Shown: positions 17,595 through 34,192 of the stretch, piece by piece
How positions within the stretch are numbered: position 1 is the stretch's first letter
Layout: each line of letters starts with the position of its first letter
Assembly: GCF_009914755.1 (NCBI RefSeq)
Contig: NC_060936.1
Strand: one strand, 5' to 3'
Length of the DNA: 64,000 bases
Origin: the human T2T-CHM13v2.0 reference genome, Homo sapiens
Position numbers and translations under genes: made by a program
Notes under the pieces: generated by a model
Database searches by the model: none
What the model was told of the DNA's origin: nothing
What the model saw: only the letters and a program-made list of their open reading frames with translations

Positions 17595-18087
17595 TCAACT
17601 AACTCTTTATGTGGAAAAAAGTACAAATATATTTATTATTTAACTCTTTACGTGGAAAAAAGTATATTTATTATTCTACTTGCTTCTATATTATTTTATT
17701 ATTTGAGTGCCAAGGGTTGGGGTTACCTGTTCAGATAACACCTTTCTCTATATTAATCTCAGGAGACATGCTGCCTGTCCCTACCACTGGCTCTTGGATG
17801 AATAAAGCCTACATTCTCTAGCTCAGTAGTATTCTCTAATTTCACATCTCAGAGAAAGAGGGAGTAGTGTATCCCAGAGAAAATATTTAGGATTTTTTTC
17901 CCTTCCCAGAAGGCCCTGGGTTCCTCATGCAAATTGATCTACCTTTGTGCCAGTAGTCAGCCTCACATTCCCAGAATCACAGTGAGTGACTGACTCAATG
18001 GAGTCATAGAAGATATTTGCTATACCCTCATTACAGGGCAAAGAACCCTGCTTGTCTTACATTTGCATAAAGAATTGGGCCACTCTA

Positions 18088-18415
<328 letters not shown>

Positions 18416-20409
18416 GAAAAATAATAATAAGCTTCTTTTAATCAATATTTTAAAATGTCTTACCCTGCTATTCATATATGTCCATGATACTGCCTTGGCA
18501 ATCAAAACATGTTAGTTCTTTTCCCTTCTCTCTTTAGTTACCACCATTCCTGGTATTGGTCCCAGTTCTTCTAAGAATATTTTTGATGCAAGAGCTGTTT
18601 TATCTTGAATCCTACATAGCTTATTTTCCATTTTTCCATTCAAATAAAACAACAAGAGAACAATAGAGTGAAGAAAAAGGATGTTTAAGCCTAAATCCAA
18701 GACTGAGGTACAAGACCAAGAAAAGTGGGGCAGAAGATGGAAAAGAACAAGTGAAGAATCTTGGAAACAATTCAAAGGCACGTTGGATTCTTTGCTTGTA
18801 ATAAGAAGTGCAAGTTGGTGTTACTTCTTAAGATCTAATGTTAAAATTTCTTGAATCTGATCTTTATCGTATGCATATTTTTTCATCCTTGGATAGTTAG
18901 ACTTTTTTTATATGTCAAGAACTCATCTATATTTTTTCATCTATATTTATTCTACATAAATCGATAAATCAAGATGTAATATAAAAATAATGTTGTTGAT
19001 AGAAAACTTTAGTTTTAGAAACTTTATTTTTAAAAACAGCTCAAAATTGCCTTCATCATATTACTGATTTAAATATTACAAAAAATATTAAACATTTACA
19101 AAAGTATTACAGAAAGACTAGCATAATGAAACCTCATACATGTACCACCCAGATTTGAAAATTATTGGAATTTTGTCATATGGGCTTTAGCTACCCTTAT
19201 TTTCTTTCTTTTTGTTGCTAAAGTATTTTAAAGCCCCTCCAGGACCTCATGTGACTTTATCCTACATACTTGTAATTCTACTGATTTTTAATTAAATTAT
19301 TGATTAAGTAGTTAACAGAAAACAGGATATTACAGGAAGCATCTAGTGGGGTGCAGAGTCTAGCAATTAATCTTTTCTCATTTAATCAAAGACAGCAGCA
19401 GGGCTCTAGTAAAATCAATTATGTTTAGAAATGGAAATTTTTAAAAATTCAAAAACAAGGAAGCATTTTAAGTATTCTTACAGCCTTTACTTCTGTTTTC
19501 CTTCCTCTTGACATATTCCCCATTAACAACTGGCTACTTCTTATCTCTTTTGCCCCTCAGTGTAACCAGGATTTATGTAAATCATACGTCTTAACTCAGC
19601 AAGAAATTGGCAGGGTCCTAAGACATAGTTCCAAGTAAATTTTATTTTTATAGTAAAATCCTGGCCCTTCTGTCTGGGAGACCTTTCTAGTCCTTTACAT
19701 GTCAGCACTACCACTTATGCTAATATTATAATTGTGTATTTATCAGTATTTTAACATAATTTTTCTTAGTTTTACCTGAAAAAGGAGACTAAGAAATAAA
19801 ATGCCCAATGCTGATGAAGGTATATATTGTGGATATTTTAATGTATTTCTGGTGGGAGTATATATATTTGAATCAAAACCAGTTTGACAATAATACTTGA
19901 GTACCAAGTTTCAATATTTGGTATCTTAAATTTTGTTAACTTGTTTATAACTAAACAGGATAAAAAATTATTAATGCGGAGATGACCTTCCCTCTACCAG
20001 ACAGAATGCTGACTTTGTGTGTTTCATTCCAGCCTCTGCCTCCTTTCCCCCAGAGAAGGCTCATCTTCTGCCAGGCTGTAGTGATGGACTTTTGAGATGC
20101 AGAATTCAAAATTGGGAAGGGGTGAAGGTGGGGAGAGAAAAGCTAAATTGATCTGGGATAACTTAAAAAAAATAACTGATAGAGGGGGATAGAGAGAAAG
20201 AAAGCAGCTGAGAAAAGGGGAAAGGGGAATATTGGATTGTGGTTTATAAGTAAGAGGCTCCAGAATAATGTGGGGTTGCAGAGAATTGAAAAGAAGAGGA
20301 AAATGTGGGAAATGTTACTGAGGTATATGAATGGAATTTATTCACAATTTTAGAAGAGAGCCAAGTAAATTATTACAAGTCCTTTTAAAAATGTTTTGCC
20401 TATGTATAC

Positions 20410-20818
20410 TCAGGCTGGAGTTCAGTGATGTGATCATAGCTCACTGCAGCTTCCAACTCCTGGGTTCAAGCAATCTTTCTGCCTTAGCCCCCTGCTGACA
20501 CACATTCTTTGACAACATCCTTTTTTTTTGGAGACGGAGTCTCGGTCTTGCTCTGTCGCCCAGGCCGGAGTGCAGTGGGGGCGATCTTGGCCCACTGTAA
20601 CCTTCACCTCCCAGGGTCAAGTGATTCTCCTGCCTCAGCGTCCTGAGCAGCTGTGACTACAGGCGCACATCACCACGCCCAGCTAATTTTTTGTATTTTA
20701 GTAGAGACGGGGTTTCACCGTGTTGCCCAGGATGGTCTCGAACTCCTGAGCTCAGGCAATCTGCCCGCCTCGGCCTCCCAAAGTGCTAGGATTACAGGTG
20801 TGAGCCAGCGCACCCAGC
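20410..20818 (-). mobile_element. Alu fragment (20410-20490) and full reverse Alu (20521-20818)
   Basis: TSD tgacaacatc flanks the second element. Confidence 0.85.
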
Positions 20819-21954
20819 TGACAACATCTTTTTGATGGCAACATAACATTCTATTCATTGAACGTACTGCAGTTAATGTACTATTCCTCTATAATTGGAT
20901 TTATATTATTTCAAATTTTCTACTATTTAAAAAACACTGTGATGAATATACTTATGCTCACAGCTTCTTAAGTTTTTTTTCACTAGGATAGATTCACAGA
21001 AGTAGAATTATGATGCGGAAGTTATAAATGTTTTATTTTGTCAAATTATTGTTTGTTGAAATGTATCAACGTACATAATCCTATCAAAAAGATATGACAA
21101 TATCCATCATATGTACCATCAACATTGACTATTTTGTATCTTAGGGTCTTTTTTATGTAATTTTTTTTCATGTTTGATATATTTACCAGAGCATACATTG
21201 GATAAACCTTCCTATTCTCTTAGGAAACCAGTGACTCATCTTAAATTTACTTTCCACTTACTTCTTGAAAAAAATCTTTAACAGATCATCCCTTATGTTT
21301 TTACCAAGCTCTCTCTCTTTTCTATCTTCTTTCCTTTCTGCCTATCTTCCTGCTTTACCTTCCTGCTTTATTTCTTTCCTCTCATTTTTTGGTAAAGTTG
21401 TTTTGTATTTGTTTTGGAATAAACTTAAAAAGAATAAAAACAAGCTCTACCCTGATAATGATAATCTTGAGCACTTTTAGCAATGCAAAGAGAACTCATT
21501 GACTCACAAAGTCTCCCTGCCCCATTTCATGTATCTTATTTGTGCCTGGCAGCAATACAAAAATAAGATCCAATCTGTTCTGTACAAAATGCCCTTCAAA
21601 TATCTGAAGATAGCTGCCTAAGTAGTCTCTTCTCTATGCTAAAGTGTCATAGTGATTTTAACCTTTCCACAAGCAACAGCATTTTTGAATGCTTCACTAA
21701 CCTGCTCAAGTTTCTCTGGACACACTCTTAACTTTCTCGGAACAGCAGGATCTCAGCTGTGGCATTATATATCATTCGTACAACTACAACTGAAAATAAT
21801 TGTCCATTGTAGAGGAAATGCCCTTTAGGAATGGATTCACACAATTACCTAATATTGCTCAGTTTTAGTAAGCAGTTCTTCTTTCCTTGAAGAGAACTAC
21901 GTACTGAATCATGGTTTTCTTTCATATAGTGCTTGTGAAAATTAATGATATTTG

Positions 21955-22285
<331 letters not shown>

Positions 22286-22295
22286 TTAATGATAT

Positions 22296-22394
22296 ATATA
22301 TTTTTTTATTATTATACTTTAAGTTTTAGGGTACATGTGCACATTGTGCAGGTTAGTTACATATGTATACATGTGCCATGCTGGTGCGCTGCAC
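22296..22394 (-). mobile_element. Very young, extremely 5'-truncated L1 (L1PA2/pre-Ta L1HS-type 3' end)
   Basis: ttattatactttaagttttagggtacatgtgcacattgtgcaggttagttacatatgtatacatgtgccatgctggtgcgctgcac; perfect TSD aattaatgatat (22284 / 22395). Confidence 0.9.
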
Positions 22395-23167
22395 AATTAA
22401 TGATATTTATAAAGTAAAACACTGGCTGGTATAATGTTCAATAAATGTTAATTATATATTAGTAATTAATTTTTTTTGGCAGTTATCCGAGTATCTGTTT
22501 ACCCCTTGGTCTATGGATATAGATTAAGAAGAATAGAAGGATGGAATTGAAATGAAATAATAACCAAAAAAATGAAAAATATTGCAATGACAAACCAGGT
22601 GGACCTTTCTGAGGGTGTGGGGTTGGCCTTGTCTTTCTTCCGTGAATGGAATCTTGACTCCCGTATTTTTAGAAAAAGAAATAAATATTTTTTAAGGGTA
22701 TATTTCTTAGTTATTATTTCTCTCCTTGCTAAATGGAGGCAATATTTTAAAAACCTCAATAGCACCACTGGTGGGAAAAACTAACTGGGATGCTGTTTAA
22801 CCGAAGGTGGAAAGAGAGGAGACCAAGGGTTGGACATTGTTGTTTTGCCACTGAGGGCCCCGAGCTCTCCTAGGCCTTTTAATCATATCAAGTAGGATAT
22901 TCTAGAATCGGCCAGCAGCTGGGGCTCTGGAAGTCAGAGATCAGAGCCAGGGAAGGCTCTGGGCTCCCAAACCTGAGCCTTTCCTCCTAGCCGCAGCCTC
23001 TTACCAAGGGCCAGCCCCAGACATCTTTCCCACCTGACCTGTTCTCCATACAGAATTCCCAAAGGGTTACTGGCCAGGAGGCACAGATACAGGTTAGATT
23101 TTCTGGTTATATTCCTCCACACCCTCATTAAAAGTCTTATTCTGTTGTATTTATTTTAGTGACATTA

Positions 23168-23482
<315 letters not shown>

Positions 23483-23691
23483 GTTAATAACAATTCTATA
23501 AATATTTGATTTGAACTGAATTCAGTGAAACCATTACTTTTCTTGATCGAGATGTTTGTTTTAGTGCAAACTAAGGATTTGTTTTAAATTACAATCATTA
23601 CTAAATAACAGAAATAACATTTTTCTGTACTCTTATCATCTGTGTATAGAAAAGATAGTAATGTATCAAAAAGAAAGAAAATGCTTTGATT

Positions 23692-24693
23692 CCTGTAATG
23701 ACTGCTTCCTGGAAAGCAGCCTCATGTGGAACCTCTTAGTCTCAGCATCCGGAGCTCTAGAAAAGGAAAATTTCAAGTCTGATAGAATTCTATGTATATC
23801 ATTTCTTTGGAACCTTCAGCCCTCAAGATTTCAACAGCATGGCCTCAGTTTCAACATAGTTATCCTTAGTTCTCATGTCACAGTTTTGATGCTGCCTGTT
23901 GTTGAAGCAGAAGAAGCCAGTGATGTAATCGATCTCTTGTCAGGTGTGGTTCTCAGCATTACAGGCATTTGTGCTTACTTGCAGGTATTTGCACTAGAAA
24001 GATATGGACACATGTGACTTTGAAGGGCCTACTGAATCAAACCTCAGCCTGAAAACCTTTGTGCTATTGAGGCTAAACCTGAGCTTTGGTGTCTGAAAGT
24101 TTTCAAGAATCAGTAAATAGGGGAGTTTTACATTCTTCATTGTTTCCATGAAATGAGAACAAACAGATATATGTATATATATGGAAAAAGAAGAGTTCTT
24201 TACAACAAATAATGCACTGAAAAATGCAGCCTATGATTTGTATTTGCTGGTCAAAAAGGAGGTCAAAGAAGTAAGATGGCTGAAATTTTCATAATAGTTC
24301 ATACTTTTAGAATTTCAAAGCACATAAAATAGAAAGAAGGAAGTTCTTGCCCAAAATTCTAGGAAATCACCACTGTTCACTTGTAATCACTGCGTCCTGA
24401 ATCATTTCAGAGTCTTTTCTCCATATTTTTATTAAATTTTTGTTTTGTTATCTCCCAAGTTGATATTGTATTTAGATATCAAATAGTCAGCCAAAAAGGG
24501 GAACTTTTTATCTCTGGGGGAAAAAAAATTAGAAAAATGTGTTCAGTGTATCTAATACTGAAATGCAGAAAAGATTTAAAGACATTGACATGGAAAAGAG
24601 AGTTAATGTTTAAAAAAAACTTTATATTAACTGAGTAACATCCTCCTGATGAGAAGTAGTATATTAAATATAAACCCATTATGTTAAAAAAAT
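23692..24693 (+). pseudogene. SMIM30: Processed pseudogene of the micropeptide gene SMIM30 (LINC00998)
   Basis: ATG 23839 gives MASVST*LSLVLMS, then a 1-nt frameshift, then LPVVEAEEASDVIDLLSGVVLSITGICAYLQVFALERYGHM* (TGA ends 24017). Recalled SMIM30 is MTSVSTQLSLVLMSLLLVLPVVEAVEAGDAIALLLGVVLSITGICACLGVYARKRNGQM. ATTAAA at 24663, A-tract 24686-24692, TSD aaaatgctttgatt (23678) / aaaatcctttaatt (24694). Confidence 0.9.
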
Positions 24694-24882
24694 AAAATCC
24701 TTTAATTACCGTTTAGTTTAAGTACTCTTTAATTGTAAGACAATTAGTTCAGGCTCTTTTTTGGTAGATTAATTTACGTGCTAGGAAACAAAAGATGAAC
24801 AAGACAAACATAAATGTCTAGATTGTTGCTAAACTGAGTTTTCACTTAGAACTACTTCTGAAAATATTTCATCTTCATTTGA

Positions 24883-25308
<426 letters not shown>

Positions 25309-26150
25309 TAGTTTAGAATTTAAAAGGTATATCATTCCATATAAGAATATAAACCAAACAATATTAAGTTTGCTTTTTAAATAGAATCTTTTAAAAAAAT
25401 TAATCACTGTATTACTATATTTACCTCTTAGAAGAATATTTCCTTGCATGCATTTGAGTATGTGCTAAGTAGAAAATTCCATTGTTTTGAGAAATAATGC
25501 ACAAAGACTTGCAAAGTTGAAATGAGGACTTTACAACTGTGTCTGCACCATATTTGAAGTTAAAAAAGAAACACACCAAGCAAAAAATTTGAGGCAGTGT
25601 CTCAGTGAATTAAGACAGCTCACACACAGTAGAGTATCTATTTTAATAACAGCATAAAAGTGTGAAAGATTTCCCTGTTGCAAAAACATTTATTAGTCTA
25701 TTTAGTTATTTCAGAATCATCCTGCACTTTGCTTAGTAAGACAAACAGTTAATGAGTTACTTGAGGAAGCTAAACACTCGTGTAGAATTGCAAGCCTTAG
25801 GTCGTATTCCACCAGCCAGCTCACTATCATGTTACTGGGAAATTAAGATCTCTTAGAACTGTTCTTTGACTTCATAGTAATAAATGCATCACAGCCTGAA
25901 GTAAACAGAGTGATCTTTAAAAAGCCAACAATTTAGATGTTTTTCATAATTTTTAATACCTATGTTAGAGTCAGCAATTTGGTGAGCAATAAAGTCAATT
26001 ATCAGCTCTGCCAGTAAATCTCCTGTAACCTTATGAGAAAAGGTCATACTAACCTAGTACATTGAGCACCTCATGCTCATGAACATCAATGACTTTCCCA
26101 AAATATTCTAGTTATTCAAAACTTAATTTCAACTCTAATGATAAGAAATA

Positions 26151-26476
26151 CAGCCATGCCCCACATAACAATGTTTGGTCAATGACAGATTGCATATATG
26201 ATAGTGGTCCCATAAGATTATTATTCCTTTTAAAAATTGTACCTTTTTCATATTTAGATGCACAAATACCTGCCATTGTGTTACAACTGCCTACATATCC
26301 AGTACAAAAACATGCTGTTCAGGTTTGTAGCCTAGGAGCATTAAGCTATACCATACAGCCTAGGTGTATGGTAGGATAGACCATGGAGGTTTGTGTCTAT
26401 GATGTTTGCACAGTTGTGAAATCACCTACCAGTGAATTTCTCAGAATATATCCGATTGTTAAGCAACGCATGACTC
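26151..26476 (+). mobile_element. Tigger3a/MER7 (Golem)-like DNA transposon
   Basis: TA-cagccatgccccacataac ... gttaagcaacgcatgactc-TA terminal inverted repeats. Confidence 0.8.
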
Positions 26477-27001
26477 TATATATGACTTATTCATTAAATA
26501 ACTCAGTCACTTATTAACTGACTACTACACGTCAGGCATTATACCAGGTAGGGAATACAAAAACAAATAAGATATCTTCTTATTTTTGAAGAACACGTAT
26601 CTAGTAATGGGAAAAAAATAAACAGATAATTATAATACAATGTGATATAGAAGTACATTATTTATAACATTCCTAGAGGTGGCATTTGTACTGATCTGGA
26701 AATAAAAGTATAAGTTTTTGTCAAGCAGCAAACTGAAGGAGGGACATCCTTCAGATATCCTGCTGTCTTTGTTATAAATTATTAAGCACAATTCACAAGT
26801 GATATTTCTAGCATGATAAAATTTAATGAAAATATAAAAATTTTATTACACTACGTATTCATTACATTGTTTTTAATGTTAATATCAGGTGATTTACATG
26901 TATTGTAAATTATTTTCTTCTTAAGTATCGTATGTCATAAGTAACATTAATTCTTTCTTGGTTTTAAGGTTCTTAAACTCTTTAATGGCTCTAAATTTTT
27001 C

Positions 27002-27041
27002 CAGATGTGATCGAGTACACTCAGGTGGTATGGCCATGGAC
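27002..27041 (-). pseudogene. 3'-truncated (tailless) 5S rRNA retropseudogene, first ~41 nt
   Basis: Reverse complement GTCCATGGCCATACCACCTGAGTGTACTCGATCACATCTG aligns to the 5S 5' end GTCTACGGCCATACCACCCTGAACGCGCCCGATCTCGTCTG. Flanked by tctaaattttt / tctaaaagttttt. Confidence 0.8.
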
Positions 27042-27264
27042 TCTAAAAGTTTTTAAAAGTCTTCAAAACTTTTATGCAAAATATGCATAATGAGCTTAAT
27101 AAGCAACTTTTCTACCTTAGGGTATAAAGGTAAAACTTTTTTCTAAGTGACTTCAACTCTGTTTTATCAAATCCCCCTGACTCATCTCTTAATGATACCT
27201 CAGGAAAATCCCATAGATTTTCAGTCACATTCAGTTATTTAAAATTCAGCCTAGTTTGATGTAC

Positions 27265-27580
<316 letters not shown>

Positions 27581-28500
27581 GCCTAGTTTTACCTACTTCT
27601 GTGCACGAGTGTCCCTTCCCCATCAATGTTAGCCAGCTTGTGGTCCGAGGAACTTGAAATGGGAAGGGAAACTCCTTCCTTCACTCCTAGTTAGAGCTCT
27701 TCACAGATAAATATGGTGGAGTCTCCTTCAGCACAGGTATAATGAACTATAGACTATGAACTTCATTATTTGTTTATGGGAAGTCAATGAAGCCATTAAG
27801 ACTTTTATCTACCATTATCAACCAAGGCTTTCAGTGATGTATGTCTTGTGCGAACTCAGAATATAACATTTCACAATTCGTAGGATGTGGTAGCCGCTTT
27901 ATAACCATACAATACTGTTCATTCAAGAAAGATTTATTACTTTGTGTCAGACACTGTGTGATGTAAGTCAAATGATAGCACACACACACACACACACAAA
28001 TAGATTTCATTTGGATGTATCACATTTTAAAAAGGTGAAAACATGGTGCTAGTTAGTGAAAACAAAATATTTTATTTTTATTGATGCAAAATTAATTTAA
28101 GTGATCTAACTCTCTAAATATCTGAAGGTCCCCACTGGTATTAATAGTTCAGATTGACATAAACTGACCAATACTATTAATAAAAGGAAACGTGTACTGA
28201 GTAGGTACTCTGTGCTTTTGTGTTAAGTGATTTATACATTGTATTTAATCTAGTTAATAATCTGATGAGCTAGTTAGTAATATTATTCATATTTTACAAT
28301 GTGAAAACTGAGTGTGAGTGATCATTACACCAGCTTAACTTTACCTACCTGCTAAGCCAGCCTTAAACTCCCATTCAAAAGCCAGCTAAGCAAGCCCAAT
28401 TGGCTGACTGGATCCATGGTGTTTGTATAGATAACAATACACTTAAAAATTGGTTAAAAGGGTAAATTTCATGTTCTGTGCTTTTTAACCACAGTCTATA

Positions 28501-28503
28501 TAA

Positions 28504-28542
<39 letters not shown>

Positions 28543-28543
28543 A
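28501..28543. repeat. (TAAA)n microsatellite
   Basis: Seen directly. Confidence 0.95.
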
Positions 28544-28799
28544 TGTTGTATGACAATAATATGTAGCCAACAAAATTATGCTTTCTGTGAATTTTAGTGA
28601 CATGAAAAAATGCATATAATGTGAATGAAGAAAGCATTATACAAAACCTGATATACAATATGATAAAAATGATGTAAGATATACATGTGTGTAAAATTAT
28701 ATATAAGTAAATCCATAAATTCATATGTATTTTATGTTTGTATGTTACATATAGCAAATAAATATGTGTAAATGTATATATACATATATAGATATATTT

Positions 28800-28953
28800 T
28801 TCTTTTTTGAGAAGGAGACTTGCTCTGTTGCCCAGTCTGGAGTGCAGTGGCACAATCTCAGCACACTGCAACTTCCACCTCCTGTGTTCAAGTGATTCTC
28901 CTGCCTCAGCCTCCTGAGTATCTGGGATTACAGGTATGTGCCACCACGGCCAA
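28800..28953 (-). mobile_element. 5'-truncated Alu
   Basis: Right-arm reverse sequence. Confidence 0.85.
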
Positions 28954-29363
28954 GTAAATAAATATTTTGAAAAAAATTGTTCAAACCTTAATATTCCTGG
29001 TTATTAGTTTTCACATATTGATTATCTGACTTTTTTCTCTCAAATTCTTTATATCTAAATACGTTTTAAACAATGATGTTAGCCTTATGCTGATTTTTGT
29101 GGTCTTGAAAGGAGTTAAGAAGTGAATATCCAGTTTCCTTAGCATTCCAAGAAGCTGTCCAGGAAGCCCATTTCAGTCTCACCTCATGGGGATCCCTGAA
29201 TGTAAATAGAAAGGATTCAAAGCATACTACTACAGAAAATCATGAAACCACAAAGTAAGACAGCAAGAGAGGAAGAAAGAAATACAGTCTCTACAAACAA
29301 CCAGAAAATAAATTAAAAAATGGCATTAGTAAGCTGTTATCTATCAATAATTACTTTGAATGT

Positions 29364-29730
29364 TGCCACGGTTTGACTGTGCCACCTGAAGTTCATATGT
29401 TGGAAACTTGACCTCCAACGTGGAGGTGTTGGGAGGTGCAGGCCTATAGGGAGGTATTTGGGTCATAGGGCTCTGTCCTAATGAATGAGTTAATGCCATT
29501 GTCACAGGAGTGAGTTCCTTATAAAAGGATGAGTTTGGCATCCTCTTGTTCTTTCTATCATCCATGTGATGCCTTCTACTGTGTTAGGATGCAAGTAGGC
29601 CTTTATCAGATGCCGATCCCTTGATCTTGGACTTCCCAGCCTCCAGAACCATGAGCCAATACATTTCTGTTCATTATAAATTACATAGTCTGTGGTATTC
29701 TGTTATAGCAGTGCAAAATAAACTAAGACA
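29364..29730 (+). mobile_element. MaLR solo LTR (MST-like) inserted at the start of L1 ORF2
   Basis: ttgatcttggacttcccagcctccagaac motif; perfect 5-bp TSD aatgt/aatgt. Confidence 0.85.
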
Positions 29731-31796
29731 AATGTAAGTGGATTACATTCTCCAATAAAAGACAGAGTAGTTGAATGGATTAAAAAAAAACAGGACCCAA
29801 CTATATACTGCCTAGAAGAGACTCACTTCACTTTTCAGGACACAAATAGACTGACAGTAAAGAGATGGAAAAAGATATTCCATGCAAATGGAAACCAAAA
29901 GACAACAGGGGTAGCTATATTTATATCAGATAAAACAGACTTTAAATTTAAAAAACTGTAAAAAGAGACAAAGAAGGTCATTATATAATTATAAAGGGGC
30001 CAATTCATCAAGAGAATATAACAATTGTAAATCTATATTCACCCAACATTGGAGTCCCTAAATATATAAAGCAAACATTTAAAAATCTGAAGGAATAGAT
30101 AGATTGCAATATAATAATAATAGGGGCCTTCAAGTCCTACTATCAATAATGAACAGATCATCCACATAAAAAATTAATAAGGAAACACTGGACTTGCACT
30201 ACACTTTAGATCAAGTAGACCTAAGAGACATATACAGAGCATTTCATCCAACAACAACAGAATACACAGTCTTCTCAAGAACACACGTAACATTCTCTAG
30301 GATAAATTATATGTTAGACCACAAAACAAGTCTGAACAAATTTAAGAGGATTGAAACATATCAAGTAACTTCTCTGACCACGATGGTATGAAACTAAAAA
30401 TTAAATAACAGAAGTTTTGAAAATTCAGAAATATGTGGAAATTAAATAACATGCTCCTGAACAACAAATGGGTCAAAGAAGAAATCAAATGGGAAATTAA
30501 AAATTATCTTGAGTTAAATGAAAATGGAAACATAATATACCAAAACTTACAGGATGTAGCAAAAGCAATTCTAAGAGGGAAATTTATAGCAATAAATGCC
30601 TATTTCAAAAAAGAGGAAGTTCTCAAATAAATAATCTAATGTTATGCTACAAGGAATTAGGAAAAAGAAGAAAAAACTGAGTCCAAGGTGAGCAGAAGGA
30701 AAGAAATAACAATGATTAGAGGGTAAATAAATAAAATAGAGACTAGAAAAAAATTGAAAAATATAAACAATACTAAGAGTTGGCTTATTAAAAACATAAA
30801 ATTGATAAAAGTGTAGTTATACTAAGAAAAAAAGAGAAGAAAACTCAAATAAAATCAGAAATGAGAGACATGACAACTGATACCACAGAAATAAAAATAA
30901 TCATAAGAGATTACTTTGAACAACTATATGCTAACAAACTGGATAACCTAGAAGAAATGGATAGATTCCTCGACATATACAACTTACCAAGAGTGAATCT
31001 TGAAGAAATAGAAAATCTGCATCGAACAATAATGAGGAAAGAGATTGAATCAGTAATAAAAAGTCTCCCATCAAAGAAAAGCCCAGCGCTACAATAAAGT
31101 TTCAGGATACAAAATCAATGTACAAAAATCAGTAGCATTTCTGCATACCATTAATGTTAAAACTGACAGCCAAATCAGGAATGCATTCCCATTTACAATA
31201 GCTACACAAAACAATACCTAGGAATAAATCTAACCAAATAAGTGGAAGATCTCTACAAGGAGAACTATGAAACACTGCTAAACAATATCACAGATGACAC
31301 TAATGGAAAAACATTCCATGCTCATGGATTGAAAGAATCAATATTGTTCAAGTGGCCATACTGCTCAAAGCAATCTACAGATTTAATGCCATTGCTATCA
31401 AACTAGCAATATCATTTTTCACAGACATATAAAAACTATTCTGAAATGTAAATGGATCCAAAAAAAGCCCAATACCCAAAGCAATCTTAAGTAAAAAGAA
31501 CACAAGTGGAGGCATCATGTTACCTGACTGCAAACTATATGATAAGGCCACAGTCACCAAAACAGCATGGTACCAAACCAGACACATAGACCAATGAAAC
31601 AGCATAGAGAACCCAGAAATAAAGCTGCACACTACAGCCATCTAATCTTTGACAAAGTTGACAAAAATAAGCACTGGGGAAATGACACCCTATTCAATAA
31701 ATGGTGCTGGCATAGCTGGCTAGCCACATGCAGAATGAAACTAGACCCCTATCTTTCAACAGATGTATAAATTAACTCAAGATGGATTAAAGACTT

Positions 31797-32120
<324 letters not shown>

Positions 32121-32586
32121 TAAATATAATACCTCAAACTATAAGAATTCTAGAAGAAAACCTAGGAAACACCATTCTAGACATTGGTCTTTGGAAAGAA
32201 TTTATGACTAGGACCTCAAAAGCACTTGCAACAAAAACAAAAATTGATAAGTGGGACCTAGTTAAATTAAACAGCTTCTGCATAGCTAAAGAAACTAACA
32301 AGAGAGTAAACAGGCAACCTACAGAATGGGAGAAAATATTCACAAACTATGCATCCACGTAGGTCTAATATTCAGAATCTATAAGGAACTTAAACAATTC
32401 AACAAGCAAAAAACAAATGACCTCACCAAAAAATGGGCAAAAGACATGAACAAATACTTCTCAAAGAAGATGTACAAGTGGCCAAAAACAAGACATACGT
32501 CTGATAAGAGATTAACACCCAAAATGTATAAGGAACTCAGAAAATTCATTAAGAATAAAACAAATAACCTGATTGAAAAATGGGTG

Positions 32587-33029
<443 letters not shown>

Positions 33030-33529
33030 CTATCACCTCATACTTGTCAGAATGGCTATTATCAAAAAAGATAAAAGATAAATTTTGGTGAGGATTTGAA
33101 GAAAAGTAAACCCTTTTACACTGTTGATGGGGATGTAACTTAATATAGCCATTATGGAAAACTGTATGGAGATTCTGCAAAAAACTAAAAATACAATTAC
33201 CATATAATCTAGCAATGCCACTTTTGGTATATAAGCAAAGGAGATGAAATCAGTATGTTGAAGAGATGTCTGTGCTACCATGTTCATTAGAGCATTATTT
33301 GCAATAGCCAAGTTATGGGATCAACCTAAGTGTACATCAATGGATAAATGGATAAAGAAAACGTGGTATATATTCACAGTAAAATAATATTCAGCATTAA
33401 AAAAGAGGAAATTCTGTCATTTGAGACAACATGGATAAACCTGGAGGACATTATGCTACGTGTACTAAGCCAGGCACAGAAAAACACATGAACTCACCTA
33501 ATGTGGAATGTAAAACAATCAAATACTTA

Positions 33530-33865
<336 letters not shown>

Positions 33866-33941
33866 TTAAAAGGTAATAAGTTTCTGTTAGGAGAAATATG
33901 TTTTTTGAGATTATTGCACAGCATGATGACCATAGTTAATA

Positions 33942-34192
33942 ATAAGTGGGAGTCGAACAATGAGAACATATGGACACAGGGAGGGGAACATCACACACCA
34001 GGGCCTGTCGGGGTGGGGGGCTAGGGGAGGGATAGCATTAGGAGAAATACCTAATGTAGATGATGGGTTGATGGGTGCAGCAAACCACCATGGCACGTTT
34101 ATACCTATGTAACAAACCTGCATGTTGTCCACATGTATCCCAGAACTTAAAGTATAATAAATAAATAAATAAGTAAATAAATATAAATAAAA
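33942..34192 (+). mobile_element. L1PA (approximately PA7/8) 3' end inserted into the older L1 3' UTR
   Basis: gggagggatagcattaggagaaatacctaatgtagatg...cagaacttaaagtataataa plus an A-rich tail. Confidence 0.85.

Noticed and set aside
17980-18010. AP-1-like TGACTCA sites (also at ~21232, 21500, 27178 and 36482)
   Set aside because: Short motifs at about chance frequency; an enhancer cannot be called from sequence alone.
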